DNA of 64,000 nt from the human T2T-CHM13v2.0 reference genome, Homo sapiens, in assembly GCF_009914755.1 (NCBI RefSeq), contig NC_060936.1; one strand, given 5' to 3'. The translations under genes and the position numbers were made by a program. The notes under the pieces were generated by a model that did no database searches, was not told the DNA's origin, and saw only the letters and a program-made list of their open reading frames with translations. This document shows, piece after piece, positions 27,731 to 42,139 of the stretch (the first letter of the stretch is position 1; each line of letters begins with the position of its first letter).

Positions 27731-30700
27731 TAGAAGTTGCAGTATTTTAAATATTTGTCATCAATAAGTTCAACTTTATTTATCATATTGTACAAATATT
27801 TTATAATGTTATTAATTTTTTTCTACTTGATCTGTTAGTTACAGAGAAGTGTATATTAAAATCCCCCACTATCATTAGGGATTTTCCTATTCTTGAATGT
27901 GTGTCTATTATATCATATATGTAAAACATATGCATGTTACTAGGTAGATGCATATTTAGATTTTAAGTGTATTGAAACTTATTGTTATTAAATAGTCTTC
28001 ATTTCTAGTAATGAGATTTGTCTTACTATTGATTTTACCTGTTATCAGTATAGTTGTACCACCTTTTTAAATTTATGTTTTAATGGTATATGTTTTACAA
28101 ACCTCTTGCCTTCAACCTTTCTTTATGTAATGACCATGTAGTAGTCTTTTTAAAAACTCAGTTTGTATGCTTTAATTGAGTTATTTAATTACTTTATTTC
28201 TTTATATTTATTCATTAATATATACATAACTAATATGTTTGGGTTTAATTCTCTACTACTTTATTATTGATTTTGTATGTGTTTCATCTGTACCATATTC
28301 AATTCTCACTCTTTTCTGGCCTTCTGTGAAATTAATTAATATTTTCTCATCTCCCACATTAGCATCTTAAATAAACATTCTTTTACCATTTATTTTGTGG
28401 TTATCACAGAGACTACAACATGCTACCTTGAATTTTTTAAGTCTACTATATATTAGTATTTTTATTACTTCCCAAAGAATGAAAGGTCCTTAGACTCCTT
28501 TTCCTACTTACAAATTACTGCCTTTTGTGCTATTTCTGTCATTAATTAATTCTACAATATATTTAGTGATTTTGTAAAGTTAATATTCATGCATATTTGC
28601 CACATATTTAACCTTTCTGTTGCTTTCTGTTGCTTTATTTCTCATTTCCATACTTTTATATTAAATTATTTTTCTTATGCAGGAATAACTCTTTGTAATA
28701 TTTCCTTTAGTGCACATCTTCCAATAAAAGTTACCTCAAATTTTAATGATCTGAAAATAACTTTATTTGAGATATTTTTAAAGAACATTTTACTGGATGA
28801 AGAATTTGAAATTAACAGTTATTTTCTTTTGCACTTTGACATTCTCTTGTCTTTTGACTTCCACAATTTCTGTTAAAAAGTCATTAGTCTTGTTGCAATT
28901 GAAAGTAATGTGTTTTTTCCCCTCTGGTAATTTTTTTTTTTGGTTTTGTCTTTATTTTCAGCAGATTTATTGTGACTCATCAGATTTAGTGTGGTTTTCT
29001 ATCTATTTATCCTGTTTCAGGCATGCTGAGCTTCTTGAAAATCTGGGTTAGTATCTTTCATCAATTTTCAAAAATTCTTCACATTATCTCTTCACTGATT
29101 GCTACTCATTATTCGCTCCCTTTTTTCCTGGAATGCTAATTATATATGTATTATAACTTTTTTATGTATCATATGTCTCACATTCTTTTATGCATTTTCC
29201 ATTATTTTTCACTCCACATTTCTGCCTAGATATTTTCTACTAATCTATCTTCCGGCCTAGTAATCTCTTCAGTTGCATTTAACCTGAATTCTTAAGTTTG
29301 TTGTAGGTTTTTAGTTCTAACATTTACATTTGAGTCTTTTAAATATATTGTTAGTCTTTCATGAAATTATTCCTTTTGCTATGTATATATTGAACATAGT
29401 GATTAGTTATTTAAAAGTCTGTGTCTAATAACTTCAATATATGGATATTCTTGGATTTTCTTTCTATTGTCTGATTTTTTTCATTTGTTTCTCAATCATT
29501 TGGACATATTTCCTCATAATTTATTATTGAATGATGGAGATACTGTATGGAGCATTGTACAAATAACTTGATGCATGGTATACTCTTTCTTCATCTTTCC
29601 TTTTCTTCTGTCAGGCTAAGAAAAAATCATCTTAAACCTATTGATTGAGTTGATTGAAAAATTTTTTTTATTATTGCAAAAGTGATTCTATTTTTGGTTC
29701 TCTCTTACTCCTAAGAAGTAGCCATTTGATTGTTTGCAGCCAAACAATCCAAATGGAAAGCCCTTCTCCTTCAGTGAATCTTGAGATCCAATTTTTGTCT
29801 CTGAAGCCTGGAAAGATTACTAAAAGTTCATCTCCATTTTTTATCCTCTCAGCTTCCACTTACAAATCAGCGTATGCCTCAATAGGAACATGGAGCTGAA
29901 GATCAGTCTCACTCCTCTGTACTTCCCTTTTTCTCTGGGATCTTATCCTCACTTATTCATGCTGCTATGGATGAATTACTTCAAAAGTATGTTTTCCTTT
30001 TTACTCACCATTTTATTATGGGAACTTTCAGATATAAAAAATAGGTTAAAGTGTGTTACAGTGAACAGCCTTATACCCACAGATCAGATTCTATAATTTA
30101 AATTTCATCCTGATTGACTTATTATATGTCTCTCCCTCTATCTGTCCCTCTGTCCATCTGTCAATTAATCTTACTTTTTGATGAATTTCAAAATACATTA
30201 AGGATATGAGGACATTCCCTTTTAAGTCTTTCAGCCTGCATTTCATTAACTAGTGTTTTACATTGTTTTACAAATATTTTTCATTAGACATAAAATTTAA
30301 ATAAACAATTTGCATGAATCTTAAATGAACATAGACAGACAAGGGTATACGCTGTACAATCCAAGCCTCTATCATTCCAGGAAGTCCCCTAGTGCTTCTT
30401 TCCCATTATTCCTCACTCCTGCCCCATCCCCACAGAGGCAACTGTTATTATAATTTTTTGTACAATAGGTTAGTTTTGCCTGTTGTAAAACTTCATAAAA
30501 TGGAATCACATAAAATGTATAATTTTTTGTAAGTCTTCTTGAACTCAACATAACATTTTTGAAGTTCATCCATAGTACTCTGTGTATCCATAGTTTATTC
30601 CTATTTCATTCTAAGGAATATTCTATTATACAAATACACGACAGCTTGTTTACTCATTCTCCTTTGAGGGATACCTGAGATATTTGTATCCTTTGCCCTG

Positions 30701-30824
30701 TTTCTGATCTTAGGGGCAATGAATTCAACATTTCACTAGTAAATATTATGTCAGTTTTATGGATGCTTTTTATCAGATTGCACCTCTTATCAGATTGTGG
30801 AAGTTCCCTTTGCATCCTGCTTTG

Positions 30825-30825
<1 letters not shown>

Positions 30826-30858
<33 letters not shown>
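30826..30858 (+). repeat. (TG)~16 microsatellite
   Basis: Directly visible. Confidence 0.97.
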
Positions 30859-30860
<2 letters not shown>

Positions 30861-31005
30861 ATCATGAATAGGTACTGAATATTATCAAATGCTTCTCCTG
30901 AATCTATTGAAAAGATTTTTCACCCTTATCCTATCAATACGGTGAACTACATTGATTGATTTTCAATGTTAACTGACTGCATTGCTGGGATAAACCCAAC
31001 TTGGT

Positions 31006-31007
<2 letters not shown>

Positions 31008-31051
<44 letters not shown>
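31008..31051. repeat. (AT)~22 microsatellite
   Basis: Directly visible, uninterrupted. Confidence 0.97.
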
Positions 31052-31053
<2 letters not shown>

Positions 31054-31077
31054 TATTCATGATATTCATGAATATTT

Positions 31078-31447
31078 TGTGATACAGTTCAATTGTGTCC
31101 CCTCCCAAATCTCATCTTGAATTGTAGCTTCCATAATTCCTATATGTGGTGGGAGGGACCTAGTGGGAGGTAATTGAATCATGGAGGTGGGATTTTCTCA
31201 TGCTGTTCCCATGATAGTGAATAAGTCTCACGAGATCTGATGGTTTTATAAATGGGAGTTCCCCTGCACATGCTCTCATGCCTGTTGCCATGTAAGACGT
31301 GACTATGCTCCTCATTCGACTTCCACCATGATTGTGAGGCCTCCCCAGCCATGTGGAACTGTGAGTCAATTAAACCCCTTTCCTTTATAAATTACCCAGT
31401 CAGTCTCAGGTATGTCTTTATTAGCATTGTGAGAACAGACAAATATA
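31078..31447 (+). mobile_element. THE1 (B/D-like) MaLR solo LTR
   Basis: TGTGTCCCCTCCCAAATCTCATCTTGAATTGTAG...GTGAGGCCTCCCCAGCCATGTGGAACTGTGAGTCAATTAAAC. Confidence 0.92.
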
Positions 31448-32099
31448 GAATTTCAGCATTTGTTTATAAAGATGTTGGTCTGCAACTTTATTTTTCACTT
31501 ATTTTTCTTAAGGAGAGTAATGTCTTTGTCTCTTTGCCAGGTTTTGGTATTAGGATTATACTCGCCACATATAACAACATGGGAGTTGTTTCAAGACTGA
31601 TGCTATTTCTTCCTTAAATTTTTGGCAGAATTCAACAGTGAAAACATCTTTTTCTACTGTTTAATTAATGGGAAAGTTTTTGATGATAAATTAATTTTTT
31701 CTAATAGATAAAGGCTATTCAGATTTTCTACTTGATCATGCATAAGTGTAAGTTGTATTTTTCAAATTATGCTTCCATTCCACCTAATTTGTCAAATTTA
31801 TTGCCTGAAATTTTTCATGGAAGTCCCGTTTTCCTTTTAACCTCTGTAGGATCTGAGGTTTTAGATCTTTTATTGCTAAGTTTTTTCTCCTTCATATTTG
31901 TAGACCAGTCTAGCTAGGAGACTATCAATTTTGTTGATCTATCTAAAGAACAAATTTTAGTTCCTATTTTCTATTTCATTAATTTCATCTTTGTTATTTC
32001 TTTGCTCTACTTGATTTGGTTTGCTCTGTTCTTTTCTATTTATAAGCATTGAAAGCTAAAACTTTTCCTCTAAGCACTGCTTTAGCTGGATCACATAGA

Positions 32100-32237
32100 T
32101 TTTTCTTTTCTTTTTTTGTGGAGACAGGGTCTCACTACATGGCCCAGGCTGGTCTTGAACTCTGACCTCAAGCAGTCATCCCACCTCGACCTCTCAAAGC
32201 TCTAGGATTACAGGCATGAGCTACCATGCTTCACCTG
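32100..32237 (-). mobile_element. FLAM/Alu left monomer within L1
   Basis: GAGACAGGGTCTCACTACATGGCCCAGGCTGGTCTTGAAC...GGATTACAGGCATGAGC. Confidence 0.8.
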
Positions 32238-32953
32238 AATCCCATAGATTTAGCTATATTGTATTTTCATTTTCATACAGGTCAGGATATTTTCTAATTT
32301 CCTATGTGAATTCTTCTTTCACCTATGTAATGCCTACATGTGTTGTTTAATTTCCAATTACGTTGGGATTTCCAGATCTCTTGTTCTCATTGGTAAGTAA
32401 TTTAACTCCATTGTAGTCAGAGAATATACTCTGTGTGATTTCATTTTTTCAATGTACTGGGGCTTGTTTTGTGGCCCAGCATATGGTCTATCTTGGTAAA
32501 TATATACCAGGGGTCCTTGATAATAAAGTGTATGCCACATTTAATTACTATTCTACAAATAGTGATTAAGTCAAGGTGGTCAATAGTGTTGTCTTTACCT
32601 TAACTGATATTTTGATCATTTTTTTCTACTAACTTCTTAAAGAGAGCTATTAAAATGTCAAGCTTTATTGTAAATTGTCTACTTCTCCTTCTATATCTGT
32701 AAGTTTTTGTTCTCTCATGTGGTACCAACTGTGGTCTGCCCTCAAGCTAAAAAATATTTTTAAAGCAATAAAATCATCTCTATACCCCTCCCTGTTTTGA
32801 AAAGCCAACTCCCCTCCAGAACCTGCCTGCATTTGTTCACTTTTGGGCCCCAGCATATAGTTTTTCTTTGAAAGTTTTGTTTTGGTCTAGAAGAGCTCAC
32901 TCAGCTGTACTATAAGTGGAACCTTCGCATGGTTTTTAAAGATATTGTTTCCA

Positions 32954-33222
32954 GGCTGAGCATGATGACTCACACCTGTAATCCCAGCACTTTGGGAGGC
33001 TGAGGGGCATATTACTTGAGCTCATGAGTTCAAGAGCAGCCTGAAAAATATGGAAATACAAAAAAATTAGCTGGATGCGGTGGCATGCACCTGGGGAACC
33101 AGCTACTCAGGAGGCTGAAGTGGGAGGATCACTTGAGCCCAGGAGGTTGAGGATGCAGAGAGCCACGATTGCACCACTGCACTCCAGCCTGGGTGACACA
33201 GGGAGACCCTGTCTCAAAAAAA
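32954..33222 (+). mobile_element. AluJ-family element
   Basis: Diverged dimeric Alu with GGAGGATCACTTGAGCCCAGGAGG (J-type). Confidence 0.9.
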
Positions 33223-33499
33223 TTTTTTTCCAGCTTTTTAAGGCGTTTCTGTTGGAAGAATTGATATATTACAAATTGGCCTGTATAACCATAAGTAAGA
33301 ATCCCTAATAAATATATTTTTAAATGAATTTTTGTATCTCCATAAATAAACTTGATAAAGTAAAACAAATTAAATACAACTATTAAAATGTAAAATGTTT
33401 ATCCATGTACCACCAAAAATAGTTTTCCATGTCAGTGGCAGAAACATTATGCTTTGGGAAAGTACATACTTGCTAAAGTGACCAGATCACTGATATGTG

Positions 33500-33830
33500 C
33501 AATCTCATGTTTGGAAGGAATCTTGACTACCACTTATCCAAATCTGAAACCCCTACACAACAATGTTTCAAAGTGGTCTCATACCTAAGCTCATCCAGTG
33601 ACAGAGAACAGCTCCTCAGCTGTGGAGGCAAAGGATTCTATTTTTGGAAATTCTGTATATCAGAACCATCAACTTTGTCTTAACTTGAAATCTGCACCCC
33701 TGTAAATTCCATCCATCAATCCTAGCTTTACTCCTTGGAATCTTGCAGATTAGTCACACTTTCCATTTACTTCATGACCCTATAGATACCTGGATCTTTT
33801 CTACTCCGATTTGTTGGATGTTCCTAGGCT
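33500..33830 (-). mobile_element. CR1/L3-like fragment
   Basis: GGAAGGAATCTTGA...TCCAGTGACAGAGAAC...GAAATCTGCACCCCTGTAAATTCCATCCATCAATCCTAG. Confidence 0.55.
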
Positions 33831-33974
33831 CCTGGGATCCACAATGCTAATGCTAGATATTGGTGTCGGTTTGTTTATGAAAAAGTAATTAGCAGGTAGA
33901 TACAAGAGTTAAGAATTTATCCCAGGACTTACTGATAGCTTTATCACAGGAAAATTAAAATTAAAAGTTCTGGG

Positions 33975-34293
<319 letters not shown>

Positions 34294-35425
34294 TCAAAGA
34301 AACATTTCCTCAGCAAAATAGATCCTTTCATTATCTTTACTACAAAGCAAAGAAGATAAAAAAGCAAGAAAGATGTGGAGAAAAAAGATTTCCTCAGTTG
34401 GGAACCTTAAAAGGTCATCTATAATAATATTATTGAAAAAGAGATAGAGTTCATCTATTTAATCCTGTTTCTTCAGAAAAGACCAACCTTATGTCATCAG
34501 AAATAAGAAAGTAGTAATTACACTTTTAAAGCTGTCTTTTAATCCCACCTGTGATTAAAATTCTTTTCTAGCTCCTACTAAAACCTTGCCTTCTTCATTT
34601 TAAGTTAATTTTCCCTTGTGTGACCAGTTGTTCACAACAGGAACAAAATAAAGGAAATATTAAAATACACTGAAATAAGAAAGAGAGGAAAGAAGAAATG
34701 GAAGGGAGGAATTGGAGGGAAATGAAACGCTTCCAGAAGGAAAGCAGATGTGCCTATTTCTTGGGGGCTGTATGAACACAGTAGACAAACAGCAGCATCC
34801 TGGGAATCAGGTGAGTGGGCTCCACACTCTCACTGATGAGTCTGATTGTCTGTGTGGTCTCTGGCAGGTGTGCTCATTTTCCTGGGTTACAATTACTTCC
34901 TCTGTAAAATGAGGGGATTGACTAGGGGAATCTGAGTTACCCCCCATTGAACGCATGTCATTCATTCATTGCGTCTACCTGGCAGCTAGTCTGTTTTCCA
35001 ACTTGAGATATGGGGTGTGGACCAGAGTTCACACTGGGCATCTCCTACCAGTTGTGATTTCATTCTCAACTTAACCACAAACTCCTTGCTAACCATGGGC
35101 AAAATCATTGTTTTTAGTTCATTAATTTCTTATGTCTGGAAGGTTATCTGCAACTTTCTTGTGCACCTCTTTTATTTTCTTTATTTTTAAGGTATCCATA
35201 CAGTCAGTTAGGGGAGATGAACATAGGTGGAAAGATAATAGTTGTCATCATTTGTAAAGTTATTCTCTCTACTCACTCCAATGGAACTAATTTCTAGCTT
35301 TTAGACTCATTGTTGAAAACTTCTGATGAAAATTATTTTATATAGTGAGAAAAGGACCAATGGAATTTTCTAATCTTTGTTTGGAGGCAGAGGCAGATAT
35401 GCTGGAGTAGTAAAATGCAAATCCG

Positions 35426-35774
<349 letters not shown>

Positions 35775-36449
35775 TCAATGGCAGGTTTTGAACGCTGGCT
35801 TGCCTTTGGAGTCTGAGGTCTAAATGACAGTTAAGTCTATGTCTGTGTTAAAGGAAGAGACATCTGCATGAGTAGACATTTGTGCCTGGATGGGATTCAA
35901 ATGAAACATAGGTAACAGAACATCAATTGCCCATAATGTTCTAATCCAACATCCTGTAGTTTCTGAGCAGGCATTTACAGAGTTAATACTTATTAGAGAC
36001 TCAAGGCTCAACTTTTTTCCTGTATATCTTGATATTGCAAACCCTGGTAGTTTTAATTAGTGGCCTTTTAATCTCTGGAGCAAAGCCAATGGCCTGTTCC
36101 CTTGGACAAATTTCTTAACAACCTGGCACTGAGTGGCTTTGTCTGCTTGTGGGAGCTCTCGTACCCAAGGCTGTCATAAAGAGTTACATAGGTTATGTCT
36201 GCATGAAGGAACCAGCTGAAGAGATGGGTGGGTGTTGGAATCAGTTCTTCTTCCATGTGCCAAGTGAGTGTCCTGGTGTGAGCTACATTCACCTAGAAAG
36301 GTGTGCACACCTAGCGCACACAAAGGCCTATGGTTTCACCTGATCCTATCCTACTTTCAGTCTCCATTTCCTTCCTCGTTTCATGCCCTAGGACAACCTG
36401 GGGTCCAGGAGGGCTGGCTCTGTGGGTATTGCAACCTTCCTACTGCAGG

Positions 36450-37215
36450 TCTTGGCACTGGACTAAGGAACAAGAGACCTGCCTCATGTCTGAGCTCCTC
36501 TGTGTAATCTTAGGCAAGTTGCTTATCTCCTCCTATGACTCAGTTTCTTCATATGTATAAAGAGAAAAATGTCACTCTATCAAGGTTAGATGGTGCAGAG
36601 GGACAGACAGCTGGGGTTCAAACCTCTGTTTGCCACCCATTCACTACCTATGTATCCTTGGCCAAGTTATATAAGCTTTTTATACCTCGATTTTCTTAAT
36701 CTGTACAGTGGAGCTAATAATAGCACCTACCTATATATCATGAGTCCTTACAAAAAAGCCTACAAAGTAGGTGCCATTATTATTTCCACTTGACATATTT
36801 AATAAATTGAAGCCTAGGAGAAGACACGTAACTTGCCTAAGATCACACAGAGGAGCTCAGACATGAACCAGGTTTCTGCCTCTTAGTCTAGTGCTAAAAC
36901 CAGTGCATGTGTGCATGTGTGCATGCTTGTATAGCTACAGATATAGATATGTATGCTGGCATGGATAATACAGATATAGGTATAGATATAGATATCTATA
37001 TGTACGTGTGTGTGTGCTGGTTTATGTATATATATGTATATGTATCTGTATGCACACACATATGTGTTTGCATGTGTGTGTATAGATACCTTTATATATA
37101 CATATACACACACATGCACATGCTGCTTAAAACAGTGCCTGGCCTATAATGCTAAGATTATTAAGTACCCAATGCTCAGTAAGTACTCAATAAATGTTAC
37201 CTATTGCTATTATCT
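36450..37215. mobile_element. MIR cluster (both orientations) containing a (TA/TG/CA)n low-complexity tract at 36905-37120
   Basis: Several MIR cores (CTCAGTTTCTTCATATGTATAA; GGGTTCAAACCTCTGTTTGCCA; CAGTAAGTACTCAATAAATGTTA). Confidence 0.75.
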
Positions 37216-40200
37216 GTAGAGAAAGTTTCCACGTGCTAACGTTCCCTCCCTCCTGTGCTGGGAGTTTGTGGTTTGAACAGACGAGAGCCCAGCATGGGCA
37301 CCCTTGGCTTTTTGAGCATTATTTGCATTCTGAACTGGGGCCTGACGACAGCCTGCTCTCAGGGTGGGGACAGGAGCAGAACCATCAGCGAACTGACTGG
37401 TAAATATAGCAAATCATCCGATGGGTTGGCTGCATGGGGTGTGTCTGTCTGTATATGTTTGTGTGTGTTGGAGATAGTAGTGGTATGTAAGCTTATTTTA
37501 ACTGGAACTCATATTTTCTAGCCCCTCCAAGAACTAATACCTCTTTTTAATGTTTCATGGGAACACTGGACAGAGGGTCTTTAAAGTAAAAACTCAGTGA
37601 CTCATTCTCTCTCTTCAGTTTTTCTGAACTGCTGAGTAGAGAGAGGAATATTTTCAAGGAAACACGAGGAGATTAGGATGAACCTTCTTTGCCCCTCACC
37701 CCACCTCACCTGCTTTGTACCTATCAGTGGAAGGTGAGGGCTGGTCTTGGGGGCAGGAAGATGGATGAAGTGACATTTGCAGGATCCCCTGGGGGCAGGT
37801 GTATAGGAGGTGAGTACTCGAGGGGCATTTCATCACGCATTGCTCTTAGGCATGGCTAGCCTGGATGGGTCTCAATTAGGAGTAAGGAGACCTAGGTTCC
37901 CATCCTGCTTGGTCTCAAATCCCTGCAAAGGCTGCACCTTGAGTTGCTAGGCATTTACTTCCCAGACATTCCCTGCCCCTTACTACCAGTAAAAGTGGTA
38001 AATGCAGGGTGTGGCCAGAATGCTTTTCTAATCCCTAGTGCCACTCCAAGTCCCCCTACAGAGTTAAAGCCTAAAATGACTTCAAACCCAATGGAAGACA
38101 TTGTGTGATGGAAACAGTTCTAGTTTTCCAGTTGGCTTTCTAGCCATGAATTTGTGTCCTGTGTCCTTTCTCCAGCAGGTCAGGGAAAGTGCAAAAGGCA
38201 GGCTTTACTCTACATTGACTGCCCAGTGCTAATGGGTAGGAGCACGTCAGCCATGGGACTCGCAGGGAAACTTGCCACACTTTGAATATAGGAGTCACCT
38301 GGCTGTGTCTTGTAACCAGTTGGAGACTTCACTCACAGATGTCACTCTGGGGCTACTGAAAATAGAAGAAATCAGATAATACAAAATTTCTAACTGTATT
38401 CACATTAGTGTGTTCTTTGTTTTCTTATTTATATTCACAGTCATGAAAGAAAATGAGGTTAAGTACCTTTACACATGGTAAAACCAAGAAACTGAAAAGT
38501 TTAGTTACTTCCCTGAGCTCACAAAACAGTGACAAGACTCTGGATCTCATTTCCCTATCTCCCTGTCTCTAACCCAGGATAATTCTCTGGATTGCATTGC
38601 GTGTCAGAATTTCTCTGTTCCTACAGTGTAAATTTCAGCCTTAAGCTCCACCTACAACTTGCCATTTTCGCCCAAAGCATTCAAGATGTTCTTTTGCATC
38701 CAGACCCTCCTCCAAATGAAGAAAGCTGCAGTGAAAATGCCACTGAGTTGAGGGGTTGCAAACCAAACCTCCATTCCCATAATTCAATTCTCAGGCCCCA
38801 GCCTTCTGCTAAGGCTAACAGATCCACTCCAAAATTTTAAGAGTCCACAGTGATCAAAAGCATCTGTATATTCTGAAACATGCAAATCAACCCTGTTTTT
38901 CACATTCATCTCAACATTTGGTGGAGGGCACAAGAGTCAGCTGGCTGCTGAGTGGACGCAGCTTAGCAGATGAATGGAAGGGTCAAATCCCTCTCAAGAT
39001 TTGTAGAACTGGATCTGAAATATGAAATGCCAGCATACGTGATGAGAGGGATAGTCTATCGAGTGTTTTATCATCCAAAGATGGAATTAATGGCTATGCC
39101 ATATCTGTGTCAGACCCCGGCAGTAAAACTTTGTGGGTTCTTCCCCGTGAAATATTTTGTTTATGTCACGTGGGTCTCATCGGATGTTTTTTTCTCTTTT
39201 CTTCACTTCCCCTCCCCACCCTTTTCCCTGCCCTCTTTGTCTCCTGAGACCTATTCCCTTTGGAAATGCATTAGTTACCTAGGAAACCTTAATGTCATTT
39301 TTTTATGAGTGGAGTTTGGTGCAGCATAAAGTTAATTTATAGGGTGGTTAGGAATTCATGTCATGACTGGTGAAATAGGAGACTTTATTATGATTTCTAC
39401 ATCCACCTGTGTGGTAGGAATACATACCTTCCCTCTATCATTACGGGTAATTTCTTGAAACGTAATTATGAATATGTATGCCATGTCACAGAATAAGTTG
39501 ATTCACCGTTGTTCAATGCAATTCATTATATTGTTCAATGTAAGCCCTAGAACATAATTAGCAATAACAACAAACCAATAATATACCAGGCAATCTGTTA
39601 AGAGTTGAAGGATATGGTGGAATTTCCTTTTAAATGATGAGGTGGTTCTGGGTGAAAGGCAGAGAATGAATAAGACGAGATTTTGAAATCCTTCAATTCT
39701 GTCTTTCATGCACATTGAGGTCCACGTTGGGAAGCTATATAAATTCTAAATATGTCCACTACTTCATTCTGCTGATTTATTTCTGTATTTGTCCAAAGGG
39801 GAAAATATACATCCATAAAATTACATTAATGAAATGTGTAGTGGCATACAAATAATAATACACAGGCCATTCCAGAGCCAAGCTTCTTTCTAAAGATAGC
39901 TCATTCCCCCAGTGGTGTGACAGTGTTTCCTGTGTAAGGACTAGCAGATCGGGACTGGCATTCACATTGTGCCAGGCACTGTGTTGAATGTTTTAAATTA
40001 ATTAGTTCCTTTGGTCCTCATATTACTTCTATGAGATTGGTGTTGTCTTCACCAATTGCAGATGGGTTCTAAGAAGTTAAGAAACCTGTACAAAAGCACA
40101 TGGCTACTGAGTGGAGAAGGTAGAGGGGAACCTGCTTTTCTCAGGCACCAAAATCTACTCTGGCAGTAAATTCTAGGTCGTGGTCTGTCATTATGTTTTT

Positions 40201-42139
40201 GTTTTTGTTTTTTGTTATTCTGAGTTTCCTCAGTTATTAAATGCAGAGTGGGGGACATAGGGGCTGATAGAAGTTTATCTCTGATGTCTGTATTCTGTGT
40301 AGAGAGATCAATGCTAGTCCTTAGAGCAAAGCTGTGCTTTCTTAAAATGACAGAAATTTGGGGGAAGACCTGGTCTTGTTAAATAAACATAAACAAGCCA
40401 CTCAGTTTCTGTGGACAAGTGCATGCGAATTGAAAGAAAAGAAGAATGTCTCACAGGTGACTCCAGGTCATCTGAGAGGAATTGCTATATGGCTTGACAG
40501 CCTGTAGCTCTTGGTGAATAATGCTGTTGCCAGTATATAGAAACGGGTGGGCAGCCAGGAATCTTTCAAGTGCGGAGGCACAAAGGTAGCATGAAGCCGC
40601 CTTTCCTGACCCTTAAGCTCCCAGTCCCTGTGCAAACACCTTTTGCATTCACTTTAATTGTTTGAAAAACGAAGACTTCCAGACTCCATCAGCTCTAGCA
40701 GCTGTCTGGGTGGATGGGGGTGGGGATGGAGGGGGTAGGGCGAGACCTCCCCACAGCGCCCTCCAGCAGCAGAAGATGCAACTTGCAAATACTTCAGGAT
40801 CAGTGAGAAGTGTGGTGTTTATTTTAGTAACCTCAAAAGAGAGAAAAAGAAAAGCAGTGGAAGAGGACAGACATTCAAGGCTAGCTACACGATCATGGGG
40901 AAAAAAAACAAGCTTGTCTTTGACACGGAAAGGGTCCTTGGAGGCCATTCGGTCCACTTCTCTCATTTCCTGGGTCAACATGTCACAATGAATTAACCAC
41001 ATACTGCCACTGCACAAGACCCCCTCCCTCACCACACGCTGAGCCCCCACCACCAGCATTCAGTCCACTGAGCTCAAACATAGGGAGATAAGTGCTGTTT
41101 TCACAAGATAAAGGCAAAATTCAATCCCACGTTGCCGTTTTGTTTCTGTTCAGTGTTCCAACCACAGAGTGGTGCTATTGCAAAAGATAAGGGTAACCAG
41201 AAGGCACGCTCTGGAAATTTGCTTTAGGAGAGAGTTTTAAAGGGGGTTTTCAAAAACAAGATCTGATTCCTGCTCTCAGAAATCACTTCCAGGAGTCAGG
41301 GCCTTACTCTCAGATGCAGCAGGGAGAAGAAGAAAGTTCAGCAACCTAAAAATACAGTCGACAGATGGGCAGCCAAAGTCATGGCCACGAAGTCAACTTG
41401 GAGAGGAGCACCTACCTAGTGAATCCTAAAAGATCTCATCCTGGATGCTTCCTTAACCAGGCCTATGTACAGGGCACAAGCTCGCAGCCAGCTTACTTTC
41501 CAGTCCTGATCTTTGCTTTTGCTATCCATACCAATGGTATTTCTATAGAAAAGAAAAATCTCTATTTAGAAACACGGATTTACTTAGAAGTCACAATATT
41601 CTAGTTTAAAAATGGCTCTACATAGTAGAGAATGATCTTTTTATTCTGTCTTCTTAAAAATACACCTTTCTAATTCTTTTTTTCTTCCCACCTTCTTCAT
41701 TCAGCACCTTGCCACTCCCTTGGAAGCCACAACAGCGAGCTGGGGGGTCAGTCCCTAGTCTTAGAGGGAAGAAATCTTTAGGTCTGAAGTCTAAAGAAAA
41801 ACAGTAAAGGAAAAGGCAGTTGGCGGTGCTCAAGGTAGACTGTCTGAAAGAGGTCTTCTACTCAGAAAAGGGCTAAGGCTCTCCCTTTGGGAAACCAATC
41901 CTTCTGAGAAAAAGTGCATCTTTCACCCTCTGCTCCTGTCTGGGTCTCTCCCTCTTCCTCCCTCCTTCCCTCAGTCCCTCCTCCCCTCTCTCCACAAAGA
42001 CACAGCACATATTTGGCAAGATTAAGGTGTCACCTCTCATATTACAAGGCCTGTTGATTGCAAGCAAAGACAGACCCACCAGCTTAGGACAAAACCCCTT
42101 GGAGTTGGAAATAAGACAAACTCTGGGATCCCCGAAAGT

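Larger units (their letters stand above)
23000..29600 (-). mobile_element. Ancient L1M (L1MC/ME-like) in antisense, interrupted by Alu monomers, MADE1 and nested MaLR LTRs
   Basis: T-rich strand with typical antisense L1 motifs (TTTTAGCCATTCTG...GTTTTAATTTGCATT; TTGAGTCTTCCAATTTATGAACATG); no open frame. Confidence 0.85.
30080..32720 (-). mobile_element. Second ancient L1M fragment in antisense, interrupted by THE1 and FLAM
   Basis: A new L1M 3' end (TAGTTTTGCCTGTTG...AAATGGAATCAC) followed by ORF2-derived antisense sequence. Confidence 0.8.

Noticed and set aside
23000-32720. Functional L1 ORF2 or a domesticated retroelement gene
   Set aside because: Heavily diverged, fragmented by other insertions, no long ORF on the L1 sense strand.
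41700-41720. REST/RE1 left half-site TTCAGCACC
   Set aside because: The right half (GGACAG) is absent at canonical spacing. A similar partial match near 63099 lies in an L2 with the wrong spacing.
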